From: an uncultured delta proteobacterium
GTDB taxonomy: Bacteria > Desulfobacterota > WTBG01 > CAIYCZ01 > CAIRTM01
DNA length: 64,000 nt
NCBI GenBank assembly: GCA_963804955.1
Contig: CAWDSQ010000011.1
Coordinates: 32,001 to 96,000 of the forward strand
Reading direction: 5' to 3'
Shown: positions 20,699 through 31,348 of the stretch, one piece after another
Layout: every line of letters starts with the position of its first letter
Position numbering within the stretch: position 1 is the first letter of the stretch
Position numbers and translations under genes: made by a program
Notes under the pieces: model-generated
Database searches by the model: none
What the model saw: only the letters and a program-made list of their open reading frames with translations
What the model was told of the DNA's origin: nothing

Positions 20699-20886
20699 TA
20701 AAGGGGGAATGTTTCGCCCCATCTTTTTAGGGGCTTTGTCGGGAGTATTAACTTAAGCTTGACACAGTATTGCGGACGCCTGTATGGTTTTAGCGAAGAG
20801 GCATTAATATAATTTACCGGTTATATGAAGGCATACAAGGTGAGCTCCCGGACTGCGGCATGCGCCATCCGTCGGGCAATCCGTTT

Positions 20887-21507
20887 ATGAAACAGGTGAC
20901 ACAGATATCCTTTGTGCGGCACGGGCATGTGCATAATCCCGGTGCGGTCTTATACGGAAGGCTTCCTGGATTCAGACTCGACAGGCAGGGCGTGCAGGAG
21001 GCACAGCGTGCCGGCAGGGCGCTGTGCGGAAAAAATATTACCGCCATCTTCAGCAGCCCCCTGCTCAGGGCCCGCCAGACAGCCCGTGAAGTGCTTGCCT
21101 GCAGCGGAACCCTGCCGCTGCGCTTCTCAAAGCTGCTTACTGAAGTGCATACATACTTTGAAGGCCGGCCGTCAGCTGAAATTGATGCGCTGCAGGATGA
21201 TATTTATACGGGGGCGCCGCCGGGCTTTGAGCAGCCCGCAGATATTGTTGCGCGGGGTATGCGGTTTGTGCAGCGAATGCGCCGGCAGTATGCGGGACAG
21301 CATATTGCCGCCGTTACCCACGGCGACATCATCGTGTTTATGATTTTGTGGGCGAAAGCGATGCCCCTTACACCGGCAAATAAGCTTCGGCTTTCAGCAT
21401 CAGGCGTTCTTGACGCCTACCCGGCACCAGGCTCTATTACAACGTTTACCTATCGAACGCTGTCACCGGATGAAAAGCCGGCTGTGCGCTATGTGAAGCC
21501 TTTGTGA
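20887..21507 (+). CDS. Histidine phosphatase (phosphoglycerate mutase family)
   Basis: FVRHG, SSPLLRARQTA, LTEV, VTHGD. Confidence 0.9.
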   Translation: MKQVTQISFVRHGHVHNPGAVLYGRLPGFRLDRQGVQEAQRAGRALCGKNITAIFSSPLLRARQTAREVLACSGTLPLRFSKLLTEVHTYFEGRPSAEIDALQDDIYTGAPPGFEQPADIVARGMRFVQRMRRQYAGQHIAAVTHGDIIVFMILWAKAMPLTPANKLRLSASGVLDAYPAPGSITTFTYRTLSPDEKPAVRYVKPL

Positions 21508-21614
21508 CTTGTGTATGGCATATGCGAGCCTAACGGTGCAGAATATGTTTCATGCATTTTTTCATACGCGCACTGGTCTCTGCATGGCTTGCTGCTGATA
21601 CATCAAACATACTT

Positions 21615-21947
21615 ATGGATACGTATAAAATCCTTGATGACCTCATCGCTGTGCTTGATTCCCATGGCGTGAAAATCCGCATGGAGTCTCTTGATGACAG
21701 TTCCGGCGGTTTATGCAGATTCCATGAAACAAATATTTTATTTCTTGATAAAAATGCAGGAGCCGACCATCAGCTGCAGGTATGTGCCGGTGCAATTTTG
21801 AAGCTTATTGATATTGGAACAGTCTATCTTAAGCCGGAGGTCAGGCAGCTGCTTGAAAGCATTCAGAATACGGCGGACGAAGCCACGCGCCATATGCTCT
21901 CATTGAAGGCTGGCCATGCACAAGGACCCTGTTATTATTCCCCCTGA
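21615..21947 (+). CDS. Conserved hypothetical protein
   Basis: GVKIRMESL..SGGLCRF..ILFLDK..VYLKPEVR, protein-like composition. Confidence 0.6.
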   Translation: MDTYKILDDLIAVLDSHGVKIRMESLDDSSGGLCRFHETNILFLDKNAGADHQLQVCAGAILKLIDIGTVYLKPEVRQLLESIQNTADEATRHMLSLKAGHAQGPCYYSP

Positions 21948-22138
21948 CAAGCTTAAGCACAGAGGCCCTTCAGGGTATCATTGAGAAATTCATCCTGCGT
22001 GAGGGGACTGATTACGGAGAGAAAGAGATTGAGATCAGCCGTAAAATTGATGCAGTGAAGCGGCAGATTGATTCAGGAAGGGCATATATCATCTTTGACC
22101 CGGAGACAGAGACAACGACCATTCTGGCGTGCTCGTGA
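21916..22138 (+). CDS. yheU: YheU/UPF0270 family protein (frameshift near 21955; absent from the ORF track; end could extend to 22205)
   Basis: Manual translation: IIPPDKL/STEALQGIIEKFILREGTDYGEKE..KIDAVKRQI.SGRAYIIFD. Confidence 0.8.
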
Positions 22139-22317
22139 CCCTGCGTTCAAAAAGGCGTTTCCCTTCGAAAAAAGGCTGAAAGCTTCAACTGGGCGTGAAA
22201 AATAGACAGCACAGTCTGTCACTGATTTTTTGCAAGTTAATAAACGGCAGTTTGCTTCAGCCTTCATAGAAGCGCTTTCTTATTCTGATGCGGGAGCATT
22301 CAAGCCACAAACAGGCG

Positions 22318-22694
22318 CTACTTCAGGGCCACCAGCACAATGCCGCCGATGATGAAGGCCGTGCCGATGATGCTGTCGCGGTTGATGCGCTCACCGAGAA
22401 ACAGATAGGACGAAAAAAGGATAATGATGTACTGGATGCTGTCCAGCGGGAAGGCCAGGCTCAGCTCGGCTTCTGCCAGCACCAGAAGCCATACGGCCAT
22501 GCCGCAGCATACCACCAGCAGCCCCACCCAGATTTGCGGCTTTGCCAGCACCTGTTTGCAGAAAGCGCAGGTAGCCTTTGATACCGTGCGGATGTGTCCA
22601 TATCGATGCCGTTGACGCCGTGCTTGAAAAACGTATGCGTGCTGGCGCTGCAGATTTCGGCGATCAAGACGAGAAGGAAAATTTTAAGCGTCAT
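22318..22694 (-). CDS. SMR/EamA small transporter, ArnE/ArnF-like (frameshift)
   Basis: WLLVLAEAELSLAFPL..LFLGERI...G..I..G. Confidence 0.8.
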
Positions 22695-23108
22695 CGCGCC
22701 GCCTCCTCATGACGGGTGGAGCGGGAAATAAACCAGATGCCGATGATGATGAGGACAATGCCGCTCCAGCGGTACGGAGAAATCTGCTCGCCCGAGAAAC
22801 ACCATGGAAAGTACTGCAACGATAATATAGCTTGTGCTGCCGGTGGGAAAGGCGACGCTCAAGTCAACTTTGGACAGCACCGTTATCCAGAGAAAAAAGT
22901 TTATGACATAGAGCCCCGCCCCGGTCAGAAATCCGGAGCTCCCAAGCAGCTTGCCCATGAATTCAAAAAAATTATGGAAGGTGACATTGTCGATGCCCGT
23001 GGAGAGCGTGCCTTTTTTCCAGAACAGCTCGGCAAATGATTCGATCACATCGGTCATGATGATCATCGCAAGAACAGAAAGTGTGAGTTTGCCTTTTTTG
23101 TTTTCCAT
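22691..23108 (-). CDS. SMR/EamA small transporter, ArnE/ArnF-like (frameshift near 22790)
   Basis: WITVLSKVDLSVAFP..SY..VFLGEQISPYRWSG; ATGA overlap with the next gene. Confidence 0.8.
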
Positions 23109-23190
23109 GAGCGTGTTCTTATAAATTTTAAAAATAGCAGGGGCGGTTTGCAAACCGCCCCTGCATAATCAATGACACAGGATAGCTTAT

Positions 23191-24612
23191 TTATGCGGTC
23201 TGCTTGATGCCCAGCTGCAGGGCCTCTTCAAAAAGCTGCATCGACAGGTCGATTTCCTGCTCTCGTAATATAGAGCGACGGCGCAAGGGTAAAAACGTTT
23301 TTGCAGTAGCCGCCCACATCAAGGATAAGGCCGCGTTTTTTGCCGCCCGCCGTGAGATTGCCTCCAAGCCGATATTGGCAATGGCATCGGTAAGCTTTTT
23401 GTTGGGCGTGTACCCGTCGGCCTCGCACATCTCAACGCGCAGGGCAAGGCCGATGCCGTCAACATCGCCGATCTGTTTATATTTTTTCTGCAGCGCCTTG
23501 AGCTGCTCCACGAAATAGGCGCCTTTTTCCGGCACCGAGCGCTCAAAATCAGACTCCTCAATCAGCTTCATCGTTTCAAGCCCGACTGCAGTGCCCAGCG
23601 AATTGGATGAGAAGGTCGCATGCGTGCAGCCCGGGGGGAACACCTTCGGCTCGATCAGGTCTTCTCGCGCCCAGATGCCCGAGAGCGGGTTGAGGCCGTT
23701 GGTGAGGGCTTTGCCGAACACAATGATATCGGGCGTGACGCCGAAATGCTCGATGGAGCAGAACTTGCCCGTGCGGCAGAACCCCATTTGAATTTCATCG
23801 TCAACAAGCATGATATTGTGCCGGTCAAGAATCTCTTTGAGTTTTTTGAAATAGTCGTTCGGCGGAATCACGTAGCCGCCCGTGCCCTGTACGGCCTCAA
23901 TATAAAATGCGGCAAATTCGGCCGTGTTGGTCTTGGTGTTCAGCACGGACTGATATTCGGTCTCAAAGAGCTTTTCAAACTGCCGCAGGCAGAACATGCC
24001 GCAATCTTCACGCTTTTTTTCATAATGGCAGCGGAAGCAGTACGGATAGGGAATGAACCATGCCCGATCGGCAAAGTGGCCGTAGCGCTCCCGGTAGCGG
24101 TAGCTTGAGGTAATGGCCGAGGCCCCGAGCGTACGGCCATGATAGCCGCCCATGAAGGCAAAGACGAAATTTTTGCCCGTGCGGTTGCGCACCACCTTCA
24201 TGGAATCTTCAACTGCGGCGGCGCCACCCACATTGAAATGAATGCGGCCTTTTTGGCCGAAAGTTTTTTCAATGCGCCGGGCAAGGGCCGCGGCCAGCTC
24301 TATTTTTTCGCGGTGCAGGTACTGGCAGGCAAGCTGGGGCAGCGTGTCTATCTGGCGTTTCAGCGCTTCATTCAGCCGCTGATTGCCGTAGCCGAAGTTG
24401 ACGGCAGAATACCACATCTGCAGATCGAAATATTCCGTTCCCGCTGCGTCGTACAGGCAGTTGCCTTCTGATCGTGTAAAGATATCAAGCTTTTCAGCAT
24501 AATGAACCGTATCGCCCCAGGAGCAGTATTGGGCTTCGAGTTCGAGCAGTTCCTCGTCAGATAGTGGCCGGTCTGTGCTTTCGATGCAGGCGGCGGGGCG
24601 AGTCGGTTTCAT
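23191..24612 (-). CDS. Class III PLP aminotransferase
   Basis: GGAAAVE, GGYHGRT, EAVQGTGG, DDEIQMGFCRTG, PDIIVFGKALTNG. Confidence 0.9.
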   Translation of the reverse strand: MKPTRPAACIESTDRPLSDEELLELEAQYCSWGDTVHYAEKLDIFTRSEGNCLYDAAGTEYFDLQMWYSAVNFGYGNQRLNEALKRQIDTLPQLACQYLHREKIELAAALARRIEKTFGQKGRIHFNVGGAAAVEDSMKVVRNRTGKNFVFAFMGGYHGRTLGASAITSSYRYRERYGHFADRAWFIPYPYCFRCHYEKKREDCGMFCLRQFEKLFETEYQSVLNTKTNTAEFAAFYIEAVQGTGGYVIPPNDYFKKLKEILDRHNIMLVDDEIQMGFCRTGKFCSIEHFGVTPDIIVFGKALTNGLNPLSGIWAREDLIEPKVFPPGCTHATFSSNSLGTAVGLETMKLIEESDFERSVPEKGAYFVEQLKALQKKYKQIGDVDGIGLALRVEMCEADGYTPNKKLTDAIANIGLEAISRRAAKNAALSLMWAATAKTFLPLRRRSILREQEIDLSMQLFEEALQLGIKQTA

Positions 24613-25330
24613 CGGTGTACTCCTTGAAGTAGGTGTAAATGTCGCTGAGGTCGTCAAAAGGCTGGCACTGTCCGCCTGTTTCCAAGCAGATGGCGCTGCA
24701 GGGAGCAGCCCCGTTTGGCAAATACCAGGTCTGAGCGGCGGGCCGGGCACAGGTCCGAGAGGCCGTCGCCGATATACACTGCGCTGTTTGCCTGCGAATT
24801 CTGCTCTGGCAAGCGTTTCCGTCTTGCAGTGGCCGCAGCGCATGCACTCGGTGCCTGCATGCGGAAATGACGGTTGCAGGCAATCGCCGTGCATGCGCAG
24901 CGCGTTTGCATGCACGGTAATACCGCTGATGCCGTTATGATCAAGTATGTAGCGGATAATCTGTGTGAAGCTGTCGCTGACGATCACGGGCTCCACGCCG
25001 TGCCTGCGCAGCAGCGCCAGCAGCCTGCCGAATGCAGCGTCGATGTCACGGTTTTCAGGTAGTCATGCAGCTGGGCGCGCTCAACCCTGATGGAGCGAAG
25101 CTGCCCCTCAAGGCACTGGCGTGAGCCGATTTTGCCTTTTTTCCAGGCCTCTTCATAGGCAACCCAGTCGCGGTTGACCGAAAACTGCTCGATAATGCCG
25201 TCAAGCACGTCAAAGTCGGTAATGGTATTGTCGAAATCGAAGAATACCTGGCAGTTACTCAAGACTGAGCGCCTGTTCAGGAGCAGTATCAGGCAGGTTG
25301 CTGTGTGGCAATCGGCCGCGATGGCGTCAT
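24557..25330 (-). CDS. HAD-IB phosphatase, MtnX-like (several frameshifts)
   Basis: FDFDNTITDFD, VIVSDSF, CGHCK, VYIGDGLSDLCPA..VFAK. Confidence 0.85.
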
Positions 25331-25374
25331 GGTGTATATCCTTATCATTAGGCTTTTCAGCGCCGGTTATTATT

Positions 25375-26305
25375 TTACTGAAAAAAGCTGTCCATGCTGC
25401 GGGCAACCGTGGCCCGTTCCTGATCGGCGGTAATCACATGATAGCAGTCATCCAGAAGCACTATTTCTTTGAGTGCCGAGCCGATTTTGTCATAAATAAA
25501 GGTGGAGTTGCGTATGCTGGTCATATCGTCATCGCGCGCCTGAATAAGCTGCACCGGCACATTGATGGCAGGCAGCCTTACCGATAAGATGTCCTATCAG
25601 CTTATAGAGCTGATGCAGCAAGGTCAGGGGGAAATACGGATAGCCGTACTCGGCAACGCCCTGCTGGTCGTGGAAGGTTGCGGCAGTATAATATTTATGA
25701 ATGCGCTTCTGCAGGGCTTTGTTTTTGATGCCGTAGGGCGGCTCCTCTTTAAAGTAAGCCACATGCTTGAGCGGTGTTGCATAAAACAGCGGCAGCAGAA
25801 TTTTGGAGTACCAGGGTATGTTCCAGCCGTCATAAAAAAGGGTCGGCGACAGGCAGCTCACGCCCGCCACCTGGCCGGGAAATTCCTCTGCCAGCAGCAG
25901 CGACAGAAGCGCTCCCATGGAAAGGCCCGCGGCAAAGACGGGGCCGTCAAATTCCTGGCGCACCTGCAGAAAAGCCTCGCGCACGGAGGAGTAAAATTCC
26001 TGCCAGCGGGATTTTTTCAGTATGCTCAGGGGCGCCCCGTGATTGGCAAGCCGGGGGCATACGACCGTATAGCCTTTTTTCTTATGGAAAAAGTTTGCCA
26101 GATACCGCATCTCATTGGGCGTGCCGGTCAGGCCGTGTATGAGAAACAGCGTTCCCGTGCCGGTGCCGTTTAAAATGATATGCCCGTCATCGACCGGTGA
26201 AGGCAAAGCGTTTAAAGGTTTTTTTGTGTCAAAGAAAAACTTTACCGCCACTGCACTATCCTTATGCTGATCACTTGTTTGGCTGAAAGCACCCAAGTAA
26301 GACAT
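25375..26305 (-). CDS. Alpha/beta hydrolase, carboxylesterase-like (frameshift near 25575)
   Basis: LIHGLTGTPNEM, GLSMG, QARDDD, DCYHVIT triad. Confidence 0.88.
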
Positions 26306-26611
26306 TGCCTTAAAATAACTGAAAACAGTATTAAATGCACATTAAAATAAATTCATATATCCCGCTCTACACAGTGGGCCACGGAGGTCTGCTTATGAAA
26401 CCAAGCAAGTGAAAGGTTTATTTTTCATCTTATATGTTTTTAAATGTGTTTTGAAGTAAAAATTTGCCCGTATTAAAAAAGATTAACTTGAATACAATAT
26501 GTAATTCATTTAAACATAACATTCTAAACATAAAAAATAGCTGCGCCAACAGTGGTTGCTGCATAGGGAGGCTGCATAGGGACTCCACAGGGGAAACGCA
26601 TGTGGCCTATC

Positions 26612-28235
26612 ATGAAAAATATAAAAGTTATAGCTTTGCTGACACTGTTCGGCGCCGTTATGCTCGGCAACCTGGGCGGTTGGGAGCTGCAAAGGCGCAG
26701 ATGAGCCACGGTATGCACAGATTGCCCGTGAAATGCGCGAAACGGGCCAGTATATCGTTCCGCATCTCAACGCTGAGATTTATCCTGACAAGCCGCCGCT
26801 GTTTTTCTGGCTCATGGCTCTTGCGGCAGTGCCCTCAGGCGATGTATCGGCTTTCGAGGCACGCCTGCCTGCGGTCCTTGCCGGGCTTGGCCTCATTCTG
26901 CTCACCTATCTGTTTGCAGCCCGGCTTTTTGACTCCGGCACAGGGCTGCTTGCAGCCGGGGTGCTTTTCTGCTGCGAGCAGTTTTTCAGCACCACCACCA
27001 GCTCACATTTCGACACGATACTGGCATTCTGGACAACGCTTAGCCTGCTGCTTTTTTATATCGGCTATACCCGTATCGAAAAGGGGAAACCATATATGCT
27101 CGGGGCCTATGCCGCCATGGGCGGTGCGCTGCTCACGAAAGGTCCCGTTGGGCTGGTCGTACCGCTTGCGTCCATGCTGCTTTTTGTCCTGGCCAGAAAA
27201 GAGTTCGGCCGCATAAAAGACCTGCATATCGGTCAAGGGGCTTATTATCGCCGTGGGCATCATTGCCGCCTGGCTCATTCCCGCATGCATAATGGGGGGC
27301 GACACCTATACGCAGAATATACTTTTTAAGCAGACTGTGGGCCGCACTGTTGAATCTTTCGCGCATAACGAGCCTTTCTATTATTATTTTCTCGGGCTTC
27401 CCTGTTGATTTTCTCCCCTGGAGCTTGTTTGTGCCCGCTGCCGCCATTATTTCTGGAAATACCGCAGCCGGAACAAGGATATACTGCTGCCGCTTGTCTG
27501 GTTTGCTTTTACCTTTGCCATGTTTACTCTTGTTTCCGGCAAGCGCAACCTGTACCTGCTGCCCCTGTATCCGGCAGCGGCCATGCTCATGGCCAAATTT
27601 TTTACTGACTGTATCCGCAGTGATGAGATGTTTGCCAGGCTTTCCCGCTCGAAGCTTTTCATGGTTCCATGCTATATTATAGCCGGTGCTGTTCCTGCTG
27701 CAGGGTTGGCAGGCATTATCATGCTTATCGGCAATATCGGGCCGGTGAAAAACTTGAGGCCGGCAGATGGGTGCTGTTTGTCGCTGCCTGCGCCGCTTGT
27801 GCTGCGGGGGCTGTCTGGTTGCGCAAGCGGCAGGAACTGAAGCTTGTGAGGCGCTTGCCGTATTTGATCGTTGCCTGTACGACGCTTGTGTATGGGCTTT
27901 TTGTGGGCGTTATGCTTCCTGCCTGGCGAGGAAAGGCCGGAGCATGCATTTTGCGAACAATAGCGTAAGACGGTCGGCCCGAGGATAAGCTGTATGCCAC
28001 TTTTTCGCCGTATTTTTTTAATTATTTTCTGCACCGCTACCCGATCCCGGAACTGCGCGATGAGGCGATGATCCGAAAGCTTCTTGATTCGCCGGAGAGG
28101 GTTTACTGCCTTGCAAGGGAAAAAGATTATGCCAGGCTGCCCGATGATATTAAAAGCATGATAACGGTGCTGGAGAAAGAAACGATCGGCCATAAAATTT
28201 TTTACCTGCTTGTCAATACCCCCCCCACACAATGA
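26612..28235 (+). CDS. ArnT/PMT-family (GT-C) glycosyltransferase (several frameshifts)
   Basis: DEPRYAQIAREM, YPDKPPLFFWL, ARLP, LTKGPVG, FLPWS, KRNLYLLPLYP. Confidence 0.88.
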
Positions 28236-28527
28236 CGGATAATACTTTTAAATCGCTTGCCGTTTTATCTGCGCCTTCAGGTCAGCATGAACACGGCTGT
28301 GGAAACGCTCGTCCGGAAACTGCAGGGGGCCGAGTTGTCTGTATTTACCAGTGAGAAGCGCTATAACCACAAAAGATAGCTTGGTGCTCTCTGTACCCAT
28401 GGCAAGGCTTGTGCTGAACCAGACCGGCAACTGCTTGCCGACGATCCTGGGGCGCGTCCTGTGCTGTTGTATGTCAGGCAGCCCGGAATACGCTGCACAA
28501 CTTTATTGATCAGCAATGGAGCATGCC

Positions 28528-29205
28528 ATGCGCATACTGCTTGTTGAGGATGACAGAAGCGCCTCGCGTTTTTTAAAAAAAGGTCTTACAGAGGTTGGAT
28601 ACATTGTCGACGCGGTTTTTGACGGCGAGGAAGGGCTGTATCTGGCAACATCGCAAGTGTATGATATTATAATCCTTGATGTCATGCTTCCCGAAATGAG
28701 CGGGTTTGAGCTTTTAAAGGCGGCGCGCCGGGCCGGCATTGCGACCCCTGCTATTTTTCTCACGGCTCGTGATGAGAAAAACGATGTGGTGCATGGCCTG
28801 GAGCTGGGCGCTGATGACTATCTTATCAAGCCTTTTTCTTTCCCCGAGCTGCTGGCCCGTATCAAGGCTGTTCTGCGGCGCGGTCAAAAAGAGAGCGAGA
28901 GTTCGCGGCTGACCCTTGCGGATTTGACCCTTAATCTTATATCCCGCACCGCCGAGCGGGCAGGGCAGGTGGTAGAGCTTTCGGGTAAGGAGTTCGCTCT
29001 GCTTGAATACATGATGCGTAATGCAGGGCAGATTCTCACGCGCACCATGATCCTTGAGCGCGTTTGGGGCTATGATTTTGACCCCTCAAGCAATATCATT
29101 GACGTGCACATTAATCGCCTGCGCGGCAAGATAGACGCTGATGCCGCCGTTAAACTCATCAAAACCATTAAGGGCGTGGGCTATGTTCTCAAAGCTGAAG
29201 ACTAG
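28528..29205 (+). CDS. OmpR-family response regulator (CusR/CzcR-like)
   Basis: ILLVEDD, ILDVMLP, LTARD, GADDYLIKPF, IKTIKGVGY. Confidence 0.95.
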   Translation: MRILLVEDDRSASRFLKKGLTEVGYIVDAVFDGEEGLYLATSQVYDIIILDVMLPEMSGFELLKAARRAGIATPAIFLTARDEKNDVVHGLELGADDYLIKPFSFPELLARIKAVLRRGQKESESSRLTLADLTLNLISRTAERAGQVVELSGKEFALLEYMMRNAGQILTRTMILERVWGYDFDPSSNIIDVHINRLRGKIDADAAVKLIKTIKGVGYVLKAED

Positions 29206-30589
29206 TTTTTTTTCCCGGCTGGATGTACGGCTCACTGTTTCTTCAACGCTCATCCTGCTGGCCCTGGCCCTCGGGCTGTGTGTTTTTTTCTATATGCGGA
29301 TCGAGTACCTTCTGGAAAAGCAGCTCAATCGTATTCTCGCCGATGAAACGCATGAGCTTGCCGATGACATCGTCGAGCATAAGAGCGTTATCATCGGGTG
29401 CCAGATGTTTGAGTCTGACGTGGCGCGGCGAAAATATTATCAATTTGAGTTTCGGGTGCTGTCGGTCGAGGGCATGGTGCTGTATCAGTCGAAAAGGGCG
29501 GGGAAAATGCCGTTCCCCGACCAGGGGCATAAGCGGGAATTCAGCACTGTGCGCGTGCCCGGCAAATCTGTGCCGTATCGCCTGTTCGAGCGGAAAATTA
29601 CCGTTGATGAGGTTTCCGACCTGTATGTGCAGATCGCCACGGAAAAACGGCAGGAGCTGGATTTGCTGGACCGGTTCTATGAAAATTTGCTGCTCGCCTT
29701 CCCTGCCGTGCTGCTTCTGAGCCTGCTGTGCGGCATGATTGCGGCAAACAAACCCCGAAAGATCATCAAAGGCATCGCGTATGTGGCAAGCAGGATTTCA
29801 TCGCACAACCTCCAGGAGCGGCTGCCTGTGCCGCCGGCGTGTGACGAAGTGCAGGAGCTTACCCTGACGATCAACGCCATGATTGACCGGTTGGAAAAGT
29901 CATTCAGCGAGACCAAACAGTTTACCGCCGATGTGTCCCATGAGCTTCGCAATCCGCTTTTTGCTCTCAAGGGCACCATGGAAGTTGCGCTTTCGGAGAA
30001 CCGCGATAGCAGTGAATACCGTGAGACCATGGCTGAATGCCTGGAGCGCATCAATTTTCTCATAAAGATGGTTAATGATCTGTTTTTGATATCGCGCTTC
30101 GAGATGCAGAAGGTTAACCTGGATTTAACCAGTTTTAACATGGGAGAAGTAGTGCGTGATATGCATGAATTCTTTTTGCCCATGGCCCAGGAGAAGCAGC
30201 TGCAGTTTACCTGCGAACAATGCGATGATGTTGTGATATGCGGCGATAGAACGCGCATACTGCAACTGGTGAGCAATCTGCTGGACAATGCCATCAAATT
30301 CACACCTGAAGGCGGGCAGGTAACAACCATGCTCATTACAAACGACTCTGGCGTTGAGCTGCAGGTACGTGACACCGGCATCGGTATTCCCCCGGGCAAA
30401 ATACCGCACATATTTAATCGTTTTTATCAGGTCGATGCATCTCGGTCAGGGCTCGCCCGCGGAACGGGTCTTGGCTTGCAGATCTGCAAGCGTATTGCAG
30501 ATGCTCATGGCGGAACGATCAGCGTTCAACCGAATACGGACAGCGGCGTTACGTTTACCGTTATGCTGCCATCACAGGCAAAGGGTTGA
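29183..30589 (+). CDS. Sensor histidine kinase (CusS-like, HAMP + HisKA + HATPase)
   Basis: Two TMs, FTADVSHELRNPL, NLLDNAIKF, DTGIGI, GTGLGL. Confidence 0.95.
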   Translation: MFSKLKTSFFSRLDVRLTVSSTLILLALALGLCVFFYMRIEYLLEKQLNRILADETHELADDIVEHKSVIIGCQMFESDVARRKYYQFEFRVLSVEGMVLYQSKRAGKMPFPDQGHKREFSTVRVPGKSVPYRLFERKITVDEVSDLYVQIATEKRQELDLLDRFYENLLLAFPAVLLLSLLCGMIAANKPRKIIKGIAYVASRISSHNLQERLPVPPACDEVQELTLTINAMIDRLEKSFSETKQFTADVSHELRNPLFALKGTMEVALSENRDSSEYRETMAECLERINFLIKMVNDLFLISRFEMQKVNLDLTSFNMGEVVRDMHEFFLPMAQEKQLQFTCEQCDDVVICGDRTRILQLVSNLLDNAIKFTPEGGQVTTMLITNDSGVELQVRDTGIGIPPGKIPHIFNRFYQVDASRSGLARGTGLGLQICKRIADAHGGTISVQPNTDSGVTFTVMLPSQAKG

Positions 30590-31348
30590 GCGGTTTTATG
30601 CAGCCAAATTCTTTTTTTTACTGCATTGATTTGATCTGCCTGCCGCTGTTGAGACAGCCCGGCAGCAGGGCATAGGCAAGGGAATCAATAGCAAGTTCAG
30701 GGTCAAGTGAGGCCGGGCGGGTATCCATTTAAATTAATTTATACCGGCTCCGATGCGCTGTGCTGTTTTTAGGGGGCTTTTTGTCTCTATAGGTATGGTA
30801 AACCGCCGAGATGAAATAGAGATGAAAATGATATTAAAAAAATTAATGCAAAACAGCCCTCCTGATCCCGAGGGCGCAAATCGCCGAAGGATATCAGAGC
30901 TTGCTGGTATATCCGGCAGTGAGGTTGTTATGGTTTCTGCATTCCGGTTTTAATTGTTCCTCGCCAGTGAAACCCCTTACTTCAAACACTCCGCGTTCCA
31001 CTGCTCGCAAAGCAGAGATGCGCTCAAAAGCCGTATTAATGCTGCCTGCCTTGGATGGAGTTTCAATAGAACCGCCGGCACTGTTTAGCCTGCTTCCATA
31101 ATCCTGATAGTTCACGCGGGTTACAATTTTTTAATTAGCTTTTAACCGGTAATTCATAAAAGCATGCTATATATATAAGCTCTTGATAAACTGCTCCCGC
31201 AACAGGAGACATACTGTGAGGAATTGAACAGTACTGCTTGTTTCTGAGATTATCGTATGTTGTCATTCGGCCGATTGGTTGCCGCAAATAGGTGCATTTG
31301 CGTAAAGTTTTTGTGCATACAGCCGAATTAATTCATATAATTGAAACC

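Noticed and set aside
20887..21507. Histidine phosphatase as the MshA2 step of the Msh-like cluster
   Set aside because: It lies 11 kb away with unrelated genes between; there is no sequence evidence for the link
23191..24996. 601-aa HAD-aminotransferase fusion
   Set aside because: Produced by indels in the HAD gene; the aminotransferase has its own RBS (AAGGAG) and ATG at 24612
30600..31115. Short ORFs or transposase remnant between the kinase and DedA genes
   Set aside because: No recognisable motifs; cannot be supported
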